A DNA stretch of 62,264 nt, counting the filler, from Porpidia crustulata (Eukaryota): assembly GCA_964255105.1 (NCBI GenBank). It is 7 parts of 7 records of this genome, joined end to end, with 100 filler letters (N's around TTAATTAATTAA, not from the genome) between each part and the next. Parts side by side here need not be neighbours in the genome. Positions count along the whole stretch, not along the records: positions 8,926 to 17,740 come from CAXUWE010001043.1; positions 17,841 to 26,653 come from CAXUWE010001044.1; 5 more parts are not named here. One strand, 5' to 3'. Below are positions 12,382 through 24,400 of the stretch, one piece after another. The notes beneath the pieces are model-generated. The model had not been told where the DNA came from, did no database searches, and was given only the letters and a program-made list of their open reading frames with translations. The position numbers and the translations under genes were made by a program. Each line of letters begins with the position of its first letter. Within the stretch, counting starts at the first letter, position 1.

Positions 12382-15300
12382 CTACGGCGTTGATGCAATG
12401 TTTGCATGCTTTCGTAGCAGTTGCAGTATGGCCTCTTCGTTAATCCAAGTGTTTTCTTTCAAAACCAACTGTCCGTCGTGACCACGTGTCAAGGCTGAGA
12501 GCGGATTCATTCTGCCCTCACAAACCAAAAGATGGCACATCTCTGTATCCCCAAGCTGCACAGCTACTTGCAAGGGATCCTGTTGCCCGTTCCCAATTTG
12601 GTTGTTCGCATTGATATAGCCATACGAAAGCAGTATACTTACGGACTCGTACCGGTCCCGTGAGTCTGAAGAGCTCCTGATGATCCGCATGAGGGCGGTG
12701 TCTCCCTGACTGTCGGTCTGATGCATGCCCTTCTGCAAACGGGGGACCAGAAGGCGGAACATCGCTGGGTTGCAGAGTCGCGATGCTATATGCAGAACAT
12801 TTTCGCCGCGGGAGTTTAGATATTGAAGGGTTGCTTCAAAGCCTTCCTCCTTCAGTAAAAATTCAACCACACCGTCATGGTTTCCCAGAACAGCCTCTCC
12901 AATCGGTTGGAAGTCGCGCAACAACTCAGTCTTAAGCTCCGCCTCATGCTGCGCTCGATTCAACAAACGCTGGACCATAGGCATACAGCCGGCGCGAGCA
13001 GCGATGCACAAAAGCTCATTGGCCCATTGCTCCTCAACGAGTGCATCCAACACAAAATCAACAAGGTCGAAAGCCACGTCCCAATTGTCATGGCGTGCGC
13101 CGAAATAGGACCATTATCTTATAAGGAGTCGAAAAAAATCAAGATTTCGAAGCTAGTGACCGAGTTTACCTTCCAAGAAGATCATCCTAAGCCTAGACAA
13201 ATCACCCCATTGCAAAATTTGATCAGCAGCAGCTGTAGCTGGTAAAGGAAGGTATTTGTCCCTGTCGAAGTTCGAGTTCTCAAGCATATCGCGGAGGATG
13301 GCATCTGAGCCGTAAAGCGAAGTGATGCTGAGAGGATCATACAAATGACTGTCAAACTCAAACCTGGCCTTTATTGTGCAGCCTGGGCGACAGTTTTGAC
13401 TGGTCCAATTGTGAAGTCGGGTTGAGCCCGCTTGACAGATATTCTCTATCTTTGCCAGACATGGAAGAGGTCCACTGTCGATGGCGCCAAAATGCTTGAT
13501 CCAATAACTCGATGCATAAACGAAGAACTCGCCGAAGCCGCGCTCGGTCGGATCAAAACGTATCATATTTTCTTCCCAGGTCTCCCACGTGCAATACTGG
13601 TCGTACTCAAAGGACTTTCTGTCGTTGAACAGGTCGAATTCTTGGGGTAGCTCATCGATTGCAACTTGCTCTTCAGAAAATAAGTGAGAACTGCTGATAT
13701 CATCTAATAGAAGATATTTGAGGCAAATATCTAAGATGAGTGCCTCTGAACTCTCGACTTGGTGATGCGTACTTGCTTGATCAGATGCTGTTAATGTAGC
13801 GGAGCTTTGCAGACGAGGCCATTCCCGTAGTACGAACTCTCTCACTGACTGGTGTACGAGTTGAATTTGACGTTTTCTGACGTCCGTGTAGTCGATACGA
13901 GCAATGAATGGATGAATCAGACTCATCACCCTTTGATGATCCGCCAGCTGGGCAAGAGCAGCAACGGTGGTGACCTCATGCTTGGCTGCAGCCAATGCCA
14001 CGGCCCAGGCGAGCTCTTGTATGCTGAGTGGCCTGCACGCGACAGCAAGAATCTTCAAAGCCAGGGAGACAAGCTCTCGATTTTTGGGGTCATTGGAAGA
14101 GCTTCGTGACATTAAAGTGACGTAGAGGTCTGAGAGCTGCCTGGGCAAAGACGTTTCCTCTAAAAGGTGTCGCATCGGTTCAAGCGCTCTGATTTTACGA
14201 ACTTCAATGAGTTCTACTATCATCTTTGTCCATATGGCACTTCCTTGCGCCAAACGAGATAGTGTCTCTATGACCAGCTTTTTAACAGCTGGCAATAAAT
14301 AGGACAATTTTGTCTCGACTGTGTAGCGAACGATGACGGCATCTCTATGAGCGTCAGAGATCATGTCAATCTTGACCACTTCGTCCAGCTGCTCCAAAAT
14401 TTCTTCTTCGGGGCGGGAGGAAAGTAAAATTTTGAGTCGCGAGGTCTTTTGCAACAGAGTTCCCAGTAATTCGAGAAGAGCCTTTCGTGATGATCTATCG
14501 CATTCATCCAGGCCGTCGATGACGACGAAGAGTGGGCGATCGAGTGTTTCCAGCACTTTCTCCAGGAACTCTCCTAGTTTTCTTGTACTTGCTGCTGGAT
14601 CAAGAATTCCGGAAGCCTGATTCTCCTTGTACCATTCAAGCTGTTCAAGGAGGGCTAGAACCAATGCAGAGAATATGTGGACAGCTTGGCCAGTCTCGTC
14701 GTCTCGGCAATAGTGATAGCAGATCTTGGGCCTGGGTAGTCGGTGCTCATTTCTTCGATTCAGCTGGTCCACAAGGAATGCCATTGCCACCGTTTTCCCA
14801 CAGCCCATCTCGCCAAGGATCACCAAACGCTGGGAATTGGAGGCTCGATACCAATTGGTAAATTTAGGGTGTGTGAGCAGAAATTCACAACCCTCATCGG
14901 TTCGAAGATTCTGCAATTGTGCATGGTATTGACTCTGCAGATTCATCTTGTCACTGCCAAGCCACCTGGCAACTGAGGTCGCATAAGTTTGCATTCACCA
15001 TATATGATTTAATGAGAGCTTACTTTCACGATCATATAGCATAGTCTTGATGTCCTCAACGATCTCAAAGGTCGCTTTCTCTATAAGTTTTCGAAGAGTA
15101 CCCGCGTGTCTTAAGAAGTCTTGAACAATGTTTGGCAGACGGTCAGTCTCCAAAATCATTTTCATTACCAATTTCCTTCCTCTCGTTGTGAGAATCTCGT
15201 GTGCGACATTGTAAAATTCTAAAACTTTCCGATACACAGACACGAGTGCCTCTGAAACATTAGAAAGGCACCGAAAAGCTTAACATGAATTACCTTGTGG

Positions 15301-16152
15301 ATGTCTATCTTGTTTACCCTCTGGCCAAGTGTATCACAGTCATCAATGTAAGAAATTTGTTCCAGCATTTCCCCAATTTGCTTCGCAAACTCCAAGTCAG
15401 CGCTTGCGAAGCTTATGGCAATCTGTGTTTATGTAAGTCAACAATCTCATCTTACTCACCCTCACGGGTACAATAAATCATATGAAACAAGCTCACCGCT
15501 GTCACACTTCTGACCACTCCAAAAACAGTTGCCGCCGTTGGCTCCACACTGCTCAGGGGAGACGCTAGGTCTAAAGCCAGCTTAAACCTCTCGAGTGGTA
15601 CTTGTATGGAGTGCAAATACGCCACACCGCGTAAGAAGGCCGAGTCCTGAGTTACCTCTTTGCCGATATCCTCAAGTTGTCTGAACAGTTGCGCAGCATC
15701 GCTGCCCATGAGAATAACGACGTCTATGTCATTACCAAGACTATCGACAGCTTCACGGTAGGCTGCGCTCCAAAGATCTGAAGAAACAATCACATTGCTG
15801 ATGTCGACACTAATAGACGACTGATTTGTGGGATTCTGTTCTCGATGACTTGCTCGAAGAGCACTCTAATCTAGTGGAGTATGAGTGTTATCTTCTTTGG
15901 TGGCAGTCAAGTCCGTAGACACATCGCCCGCTTTATTGGATGGTTGCGAGCTGGCATTGCTTACCTGATTAGCGGAAATCACTAGGCAAGATACGCAACT
16001 CACTCGTATACAACACTTGTATCTGCACCGGGTCTTTGAGGTGATTGAGTAGTGGCATCATCCGAACGATGCTGGAATTTCCGGCGAAAGCGATTCAGCC
16101 GCACGGACAGCCTCTGCCGGAAGTTCTCACTCTGCGTAGGAAAAGAAGTCAT
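12382..16152 (-). pseudogene. NLR-like gene: helical N-terminal domain (NWD-N-like) + NACHT NTPase + ankyrin repeats; multi-exon; two in-frame stops
   Basis: DLWSAAYREAVDSL N-terminal motif, Walker A GEMGCGKT, Walker B LFVVIDGLDEC, ILLSSRP, LVHQSVREF; ankyrins GENVLHIAS and GDTALMRII. TAG at 13153-13155 and TAA at 13114-13116 interrupt an otherwise continuous frame. The start at 16152 is approximate. Confidence 0.85.
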
Positions 16153-16710
16153 AGTGATAGAGAAATCCCGATGTGCCCAACGTATGTGTGACTCTGGCTG
16201 GACTGTTATAAAGCTGAATTCGGGAGGGCGGGGGATATCCGCACCTACTTGTAATACAGCAGTGTTCGCCGTCAAGAAAGCGCGCACCACGCAGCGCATC
16301 CAGTCTGATTGGGAAGGTCTTATCCCAGGCGCTTACAGCAGTAGGAGAACGTATGGTTGATGTTCATGATTGGGCGTTTATCGATTGACTGTGAAGGCAC
16401 CCGGCTTCTGGGCGCTTAATGCAATCGCCGGTATCACGCCCTGTTTCGCAAATGCAGATGAGTATTCCCCATGGTATGGTACAATTTCCTATGTTAGCGT
16501 CTGGCTTTTTGAGAAGGCTTACCGCCCCTCCGTCATGGGCCATGGGCCGATGGGGCTACTCTCTTAGACACGAGCGGGTCTTAAGGGAGTTTCACCCAGG
16601 AGAGGGAGCGCGAGCCCTTCGTAACTTTCTAGTTAGCGATGGACTGGTGCCTGCACCACTTGCAGAGATGTACGTAGCTGGCCACACCATCTTCCTAGGT
16701 GGCCTACCCT

Positions 16711-16851
16711 TACTATGGTAGGTCCCATAATCATTGTTAGTACGGTGGAGCACGACAGGGGCGGAAGCAGGGAGCTTGATTGATCAGCATCCTCGTCACG
16801 CCCCCTGCTCCCGAGAGCGTACGAACAATCATTATGGGACCTACCATAGTA
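16711..16851. mobile_element. MITE-like element with 34-bp inverted arms bounded by TA (Tc1/mariner-type TSD)
   Basis: 16711-16744 TACTATGGTAGGTCCCATAATCATTGTTAGTACG matches the reverse complement of 16818-16851 at 32/34. Confidence 0.65.
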
Positions 16852-16945
16852 GAGTAACTGCCTCCGGACACGCTGCATTAGGCGCCCTTTGGTGTCACTC
16901 GCTTAAAGCACGGCCCGAAGCTTGTCCCATTGGTTGGCACGACGG

Positions 16946-17194
16946 CACGCGGGTTCATAAAAAAGCCGCGCACCCAAAATTTCCCCACCAAATTTACTAC
17001 TGAATTCAAGGAGGTTTATTGTTCTAAACGTTCGTTTTTTTATTCTCGCCGTCTCACACAGTTCTCATTCCCATAGCCCTTTAAACTTTGACATTATAGA
17101 GATTTCGTGATGTTGATAATGATTCTTTGGTTTCATGTCACTTATGAAATTCAGTAGAAAATTTGGGTGCGCGGCTTTTTTATGAACCCGCGTG
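16946..17194. mobile_element. 249-bp non-autonomous DNA transposon with a 33-bp perfect TIR and 5-bp TSD GACGG
   Basis: TIR CACGCGGGTTCATAAAAAAGCCGCGCACCCAAA at both ends; GACGG at 16941-16945 and 17195-17199; AT-rich non-coding interior. Confidence 0.9.
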
Positions 17195-17740
17195 GACGGG
17201 TAGTTCGGGTTCCCGTTTTCTGGGCACAGTCGCAAAGGGTCCCTCGAAGACTCTCCCAGTACGCTATCTTCACGTAACGAATAACATGACAGACAGTGCT
17301 TAGATAATGAAGTTGTAAACGCAGTAACCCTCCATAGAAAGGAAAGGTGAGAGTGTGTTTGGCGTCGCAGTTCCTGAGCCAGGTAGTGAATTGTCGAAGG
17401 GGTCCAAGAATGGCTGTAGCTGGGTTTGATGAGGGAGAATCGTGCTTACACGTGTGAACGGCGGTTGCGTTAATCGTCACTTATTCGTCGAGTCATGAAC
17501 CCATCAGAGAATGTCAAAAGCCAGTGGAGTCAGCCCTATCGAGGCATCTTCAGTTCCATTAAGACATCGAATTCGAATGAAATCAAATTAACATGAAGGA
17601 AATACGAGCATTCATTTAAGAATGCTCTGACAATACGTTTGTTCATTAAAATTAATGATAAGTCCGTGAAATCAGATTTAGGATGATGGCTTCATGTAAA
17701 TAGCTATTCAATGTTTTGATGAGGCTGGAGATGTCTTGAT

Positions 17741-17840
17741 NNNNNNNNNNNNNNNNNNNNNNNNNNNNNNNNNNNNNNNNNNNNTTAATTAATTAANNNN
17801 NNNNNNNNNNNNNNNNNNNNNNNNNNNNNNNNNNNNNNNN
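17741..17840. other. Artificial contig spacer
   Basis: N44-TTAATTAATTAA-N44. Confidence 0.99.
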
Positions 17841-18160
17841 AGCTGGAGATATAAAAACTAATGATTCTCATCCATTACTTTCAAAAGTCTTACAAATGAT
17901 GATTGAATCTCAGTACATGTACAAAATTATATAAAAATGTGGGTTTGGAATCAAGATTTATGACTAACTATCCTTTCTCCTTCGTTTCCTTCATTTCCAA
18001 ATTCCCTCCCGTCAGCGAATTCAAATTCCAGCTCCATCGCTATGCCGAGCAGAGATTCCCAAGCCCTTCGCTATGCAATCCATCCCAAAGCTATTAAACA
18101 AGGCAGACACACCATCCTTCCCCAATCTCCAATCTCCCATCCAATATCTCCCAAACCTCT

Positions 18161-18868
18161 TCATTCAACAACAATCCGCCTTTCCCCTCTCACCAATTTC
18201 GGCACTACAACCCTCAATATCCCGTTTCGCAAACTCGCCTTCACGGCCTCTTGGTCCACCGTCCCCGGAAACTGAAATGTGCGCGTAAACTCCCCGGCCG
18301 AGCGTTCAGTGACCCAGTACTTATACTCGGGCTCCTGCACCTGCGCGGTTTCTGCAGCAATGATGGCAGTGGAGGCTGATGAGGTAGGTGTGGCGGGCGC
18401 AGAGGATTCGGAGACGGAGGCGTCGACGTAGTCGTCTTCGACAGTGGGTTTGCTATACGACGATGCTTCCGATGCGCTGGCTGGCGCAGGCGCAGCGGCG
18501 GCGGCGGCGTTGCCCGGCTCAGGCGCTTGCAATGACGCTTCGCTCTCCGTGTGGCCCTTGACTACGAGAGTGTGCGGGTCCACGAATTGGATGTCCAGAT
18601 CCTCCTGTCTGATGCCGGGGAGCTCTCCGTGCAGCTCATAAGTGCCTGCAGCTTCGCGGACATCGAAGCGGGGATGGAAGATGCGAGGGCTTTGGCGCGT
18701 GGGGGTGACAGCGCTTTGGAGGCGGAGGGAGTCGTCGAGGACGCGCCAAAGGGGGGCGAAGTCGGATGAGAGGAAGTGGGGGATGTGGGTTGAGAGGGAT
18801 CGAGCTGGAACGGTCGCGATGGGGCGGCAAGCGCGAGGGAGGGCGGTAATTATGCGGCAGGGTTGCAT
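18161..18868 (-). CDS. Small heat-shock protein (Hsp20/Hsp30, alpha-crystallin domain)
   Basis: PRFDVRE...YELHGELPGI...LVVKG and YWVTERSAGEFTRTFQFPGTVDQEAVKASLRNGILRVVVPK...RIVVE; intronless. Confidence 0.93.
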   Translation of the reverse strand: MQPCRIITALPRACRPIATVPARSLSTHIPHFLSSDFAPLWRVLDDSLRLQSAVTPTRQSPRIFHPRFDVREAAGTYELHGELPGIRQEDLDIQFVDPHTLVVKGHTESEASLQAPEPGNAAAAAAPAPASASEASSYSKPTVEDDYVDASVSESSAPATPTSSASTAIIAAETAQVQEPEYKYWVTERSAGEFTRTFQFPGTVDQEAVKASLRNGILRVVVPKLVRGERRIVVE

Positions 18869-19002
18869 GTTTGTGGTTTGTATTTATTTGGTCGTGTATG
18901 TGAGAGTGTTCGTGGTGGTAAATGAAATGTGAGATTTGATTTTCGGGATGAGAGTAATCGTTTCTTAGAGTTATAATAGGAAATCATGACAATCGGTGAG
19001 GT

Positions 19003-19075
19003 TTTTATAGTCGGTGTTCGAGGTTATGATATTGTAAGCCCCTGTCGCCACATCTGGTCGATTCTAGGGCTTTCT
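19003..19075 (-). promoter_or_regulatory. Putative sHSP promoter elements: TATAAAA, STRE (AGGGG) and an imperfect HSE
   Basis: Minus-strand TATAAAA at 19003-19009, about 135 nt upstream of the ATG; CCCCT near 19039; TTCtaGGGctTTC near 19062-19074. These are short motifs and could occur by chance. Confidence 0.35.
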
Positions 19076-21460
19076 CGCATAAGCGAGAAGTATTGGTGAC
19101 CTCGCAAATGTGTTCGCGGGCTACCGTATAATGTTGAACTACGGTGGCCCGTCTAAGACAAACGCATTTTAGTTTTGGCTGGCTTCAATTCTGAAAATTC
19201 TAATTTTTGAGATACGAATCACAGGTTGTGTAGGAAATTATGATGAAGGACTATCTCAATCGACTGCGTTTGTTTAATGTGAAATCTTTCTGAAAAAGGA
19301 TTTTCACATAGTCAACACAACCGAAGCTTTGACAAAGTAAAAAATAATCGAAGATCGAAGACACCCGCAAAAGTCATGGAAGGAAATTCTCTAATGCCAC
19401 TCATACTGGTTCTAATATCTGTTAGTTCGCATATAATCTGGCCTTACAGAGGATCCCCTATCGGGTGAGAAGGGAAACAGGATTTACAACAAGTGTGGCG
19501 ACTTGAAACTTGTCCATGGTCGTTTTTGCATAAAGAGAACTTGTTAGCGAGGCCAGCGAATGAAGATAGTGAATGGCGTTTTCATACTATATGACATGAG
19601 ATGAACTTCAGCCGAGAAGTTGAATGGCAAGATATCAAAGTTCTTCAGATCAAATTAGTATGACGTTGAGGAGGCCGACATGAAGGTGGCACTCTTGATA
19701 GGCACCAGAGAAGATTCTGAACTGTAATGTGGAGATCAAAATCCATCAAATTTTTCTAGTGCGACAGATCTTCCTCGTCAGTCCTCTGGATCTGGACGAG
19801 AGAATGCTTAGTGAGACAATTAGAGAACCAAAGATTTCCAACAGTATGAACAATCTCAGTCTGAGGATCACCTCTGGCGCAATGATGCAAAATTCACGAA
19901 TGTGAACGGTTGTTTAGTCGTATGTAAGCGACGATAGGGGGCAAAGTTTGATGTTCAAACGGCAGCCTGGAGCGAGAGTTTCATCAGCGAAGAGGCTGTC
20001 CAGACACAGCCTACGGCGAAGCATGAAAGATTTGAAGACAGATGTGGCCGTGTGCGAGTGAGCGGCGTTGCGGTTAAGCCCCCCGTGTGCATCGTGAGAA
20101 AGTATATCTCTCCTTGTCGCTGCCTTTCTGACTTTAATGAGCTTACTTGGCAACGCTATGGTACTTATCGACCTTCTTGAAAAGTGGTTCTCATGTATGT
20201 TTGAGCAGAGTTGCCGTCGGCGTTCCTGCAGAAGATCAACGGCTCAGGGGTTGTTTTAGCGACTAGGGACTTGGGACTATCAAATTGCCCGCATCACGCC
20301 CTAACCAATCACACCGGACTGTTGTATGTCGGCCTCCCCCCCCCTCCATCTTTCTCATCCACATCTTCCGCAGACTCGCAGTCGAGCCTCGCTCACCGCC
20401 TGAAGTTTTGGACCTTGTGATTACCCTCAACCATCCAAGCTTCCGCAGTTTCTGCGAATAAGGTCACCCCTAACCATTCTTGATACTGGAGCCACTAATC
20501 TATATCATCATCCATCATGACCTCTGCTCTAGAGCATTTGTTGACTGATTGTCTGACAAATGGTGGTTCCGCTGATATCTTCGATCAAACGTAGTTGTGT
20601 AACCAATTAATATTGTAACGCGAATGTAGTAATAAATAGAATGCATACGTACTCGTCCAGAGGAGGTGCACAGCCAGGCTGAAACTACACAGCTGATCAA
20701 TTCATGTATCTTCGTATTGTTTGGAAGAAATATGGTCTTTCGAACCGCCTTCCAGCGCTTTCAAGACAACCTTTAATCAAATAGATGCCATGGTATGCCG
20801 TATGGTGCTGTACCTCCCCTAAAGCGCCTAGCAAAGCAAACTAAAGACGTTCATAAATCATTAATTTATCATCGACTGTTTTGTGACTATTCGACAGACT
20901 ACGGAGTGACTTGCGGCCTGTCCTTCCTCATTCCATCCTAATCAATTCCTAATTCCTACCAAATCCCCCCTGTCTGCCTCCAGGGTTTCCGTCATTCTAG
21001 CTCCCTCGTGCATCTCCCACCCTGCACCCATCCACCACCAGCGCCAGACTAAGGTACCCTCTAATCCTTACGATTGTGGAGTACCTTTCTTTACACCCGT
21101 TCGTCTCCATAATCCCATACCTACTTAGGAACCTACCTACCCTCCGCAGCTTCGTTCGCATTCCTCCTCTGATCCACGGCCTTCTGTGAAGGCTTCTCAC
21201 TCCACAGATGGCGCCTGCAGGGCGTTGCTGACCATCTGAACCTACGATTTGCTGCTACAAAGAATTCCTTTGGAAATTCCCACAGCGTAACGCTTGCGCC
21301 GCTCTTCAACGCGCATGACAACCTGGACCGCTCCAAATGATCATTGACACTTCCATTAGTCAAATAGAACCTGTTGCTTTGACCATATCTGGTCCGTCGT
21401 CGCCGTCGTGAAGTGGTGCTTTGGCCGGGGTTGCCGGACCAATCCCGAAAAACCTGACTG

Positions 21461-24400
21461 ATGTCTGCAATGACACATGGACAAGCTAGGGAGACGGGGG
21501 CGGATCACAATACGAGAGCCACTATGTACGACGCCCAGAAACAAAATACCAATACTAGCAACTCCCAACGTGACCTGCTCGGGCATCGGCCAAACACACA
21601 GTTGGCTCGTCCTGGAGATGGCCGCGTCGTACCTCGAAGGCAGGCACCAAGTCCTTTACAGCTCAGTGAGACCTCAGCTACGATTGCAGATAAATATACG
21701 CAGAGTAATCCCAACCCTAAGTCGCCTACCATGTCCAGAGCTGCAAGCGGTGCCCAGTATACCCCGCGCCTCAATCAAGCTGCTGATCAGGATCAGCCCC
21801 GATCCCCTCGGGAACGCCTGGATGAGCTGTTTGCCACGGAGAACGCCAATACCCACGGGACACGAACCCATACAAACGAGAATGGCGTCTCAGGGCCGGT
21901 AGCAAACACCCCGAAATCGAATTCTTATAATCAGCTGCGGAACGTATCATCTCCCTTTCCACAATCGAATCCTACAGTGGTCTTGCCTCCACATTCTCCT
22001 GTCTCGGCAGCTTCTCGGCCTTTCAAAGGCTCGAATTCTCACCCGGGACCGCGGCAAATGCCGCGAACATCATCGATTGACTCTGCAATTTCAACTATAT
22101 CAATGACGACCTCGCACTCCCACAAATCATCGCAAGATTCGCTTGCCTCGAACACCGTCGATATCTTGAACCTCATAAATACGGCCGGTTCGGCGGAGAC
22201 TGTGATACAGCACTTGTTGAAGGAAAAGCAGCATTCAGCTGCCCAAAATACTCAGCTTTGGAAACTTGTCGACAAACAACGGGCTCTGCTTCTGGGTTTG
22301 AATCAAGACTTGGAACGAGCATTGAAAGACAAGGAGCGGTATCGTAGGAAATTGAAAGACCATCTGGCTCAGGTGCCGCCAGTCCCTATCGCGAATGCTC
22401 CGACCCCAAGATCTACCCTCAGGCCGCACAGCGAATCCCCTGCACCTAGTGAATCCCAGGATGAGCTACCCATTCAAGGAAATACTACGCATGAATCTGT
22501 ACCGCCTACGTCAGGACAATCTGAAATAGGCCTTAACAACGAGGCTAGCTTTCATCGCAACAACGCGCCTGAAGCGTGTTCCGAGCCCAGCTTGTTCGCT
22601 CCCAACCGTTTACCAAATGGTGCTATGCGTCAGAGTCTGGGTACAAGTTCCGAGGTCAAAAATGTGTCAGATTCGGGGAATGATCGCGCTGGGACTGTCG
22701 TGAATTTGAAGCATTCCATGTCACCCACCACAACGAGCAGTCTGCCACAGCCTCACGAGAATAGTCCTTCGAACGATTCGTCCCACGTTTCGCAACTTTC
22801 AAACGCGGTCGTCTCTCCTAGCAGTTTCACAGCAAAGCGATCGCAGCCATTTGCGCAAAAGACATCTGAGGGACCCATTCTACATTTGAGTGAACCGACT
22901 CCTCCAGACAAAGTCTTTGAAAAGACATTGCCTCCATCTCGAAAGCTTCCTCCGGCCCCCTTGAACCTTCATCCGCCGACAAGGGAGCCAGCCCAAACAT
23001 CACAATTAGGACCCGATGATTATTCTGGATCCGAGTACGATGAGGATATGGACGCAGACGAAACACCCACCATCGAGAGGGGGAGGAAGAAAACAAGGGC
23101 AGAAGATGACAAGGATAGAGAAATCGCGGTTATGAAAGAACAAGAAGGACGGAGCAGGTCCTCTAAGAAAGGAAAAGGATCGAAGCCTCCTGCAGAAGAC
23201 ATTCCGGGGAAAGCTGCTAGGATGAAGACTTTACAGCAAGCGCCGATGCCTCCAACGGTCAAGGCTCTTTCGCCCGAACCAAGCTCTCCAGGGAGCTCGA
23301 GCTATCTCTCAGCGCCCACCTCATTAGCAAGCGTACTTAATCCTCCAAGTAATCTCCCTCACTCGAACACAATCACGAACAATATCCAGACACGGTCTCT
23401 AAGCCCACTGAGTCCGGGGCTTCCACAAAGCCCGCGCCCCAGCGATCGGCCTGTGAATCCACCAACCCCAAGATTACCCCGAGATGCCGGTGGTAATCAG
23501 ATCGCGTCACCTCCGCTCTCCCCTCGAGGTGGGTTTGTTGGATTACCACTTTCTCCAAGAGCACCTAGGCAGACCATTCCCTTTCCACCAAATACACCCA
23601 TGTCAATTTCCTCGCCAATTTCTCTTATCGCTGAACCACGTCCGGAGCCTGTTAAGGAAGCAAAGAAGCCACTGAGTCCGATCAAAGTACCAGCATACAC
23701 ATCTGAATCACTGCGGGAATCGGAGCCAGGTTCTCCGAGAAAGCAAATCCTGGAGCTACGGCGGTCGAAAGGCGTATATGGAGGATTCATATCTGACGAT
23801 CACCCCGACCTTCTGATACCTCCAAACGCTCTTCCTTCGATTATTGTCAAAGTCGTATCATCCCGCCTGAAGCCTTCTCGTCACAGCTACCTGGCTCCTA
23901 AAGGGTCTGAGGAAGAACCGGTGTTCACTCTTGGAGTGTCGGCTAGATCGGATCTGCAGGAGCTGTGGCAGGTTGAGAAGCCTTTGCTTTCGTTACCGAC
24001 TCTAGATAAGCAGCTACAATCCTCCAATTCTGGAGCCAAACTGCCAGACCGTAATCTATTCAGTGGGCATGCGCCCGCCAAGATTGACGCGAGAAGAGTT
24101 GCTCTCGAGAGGTATTTCGAGACTGTGTTGGACGCAACTATGGACGAAAAGGCAGCACTGGCTTTATGCCAGTACCTTTCGACTCATGTTCTTGAGCCGA
24201 TTGATGACGAAGCTACTGGGAACATTACAGTCTCTCAGGCTGGATCTCCAGTCACCTTGGGGCCCACCGGCAGGCCTATGAAGGAGGGCTATCTCACCAA
24301 ACGTGGCAAGAACTTTGGGGGCTGGAAGGCAAGATTCTTTGTTCTTGATGAACCGATCTTACGCTACTATGAGTCGCCTGGTGGTTCCATATTGGGTACA

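Noticed and set aside
17724..17850. Shared GCTGGAGAT on both sides of a spacer, suggesting true contiguity
   Set aside because: Only 9 nt match and the flanks diverge; contig order follows size.
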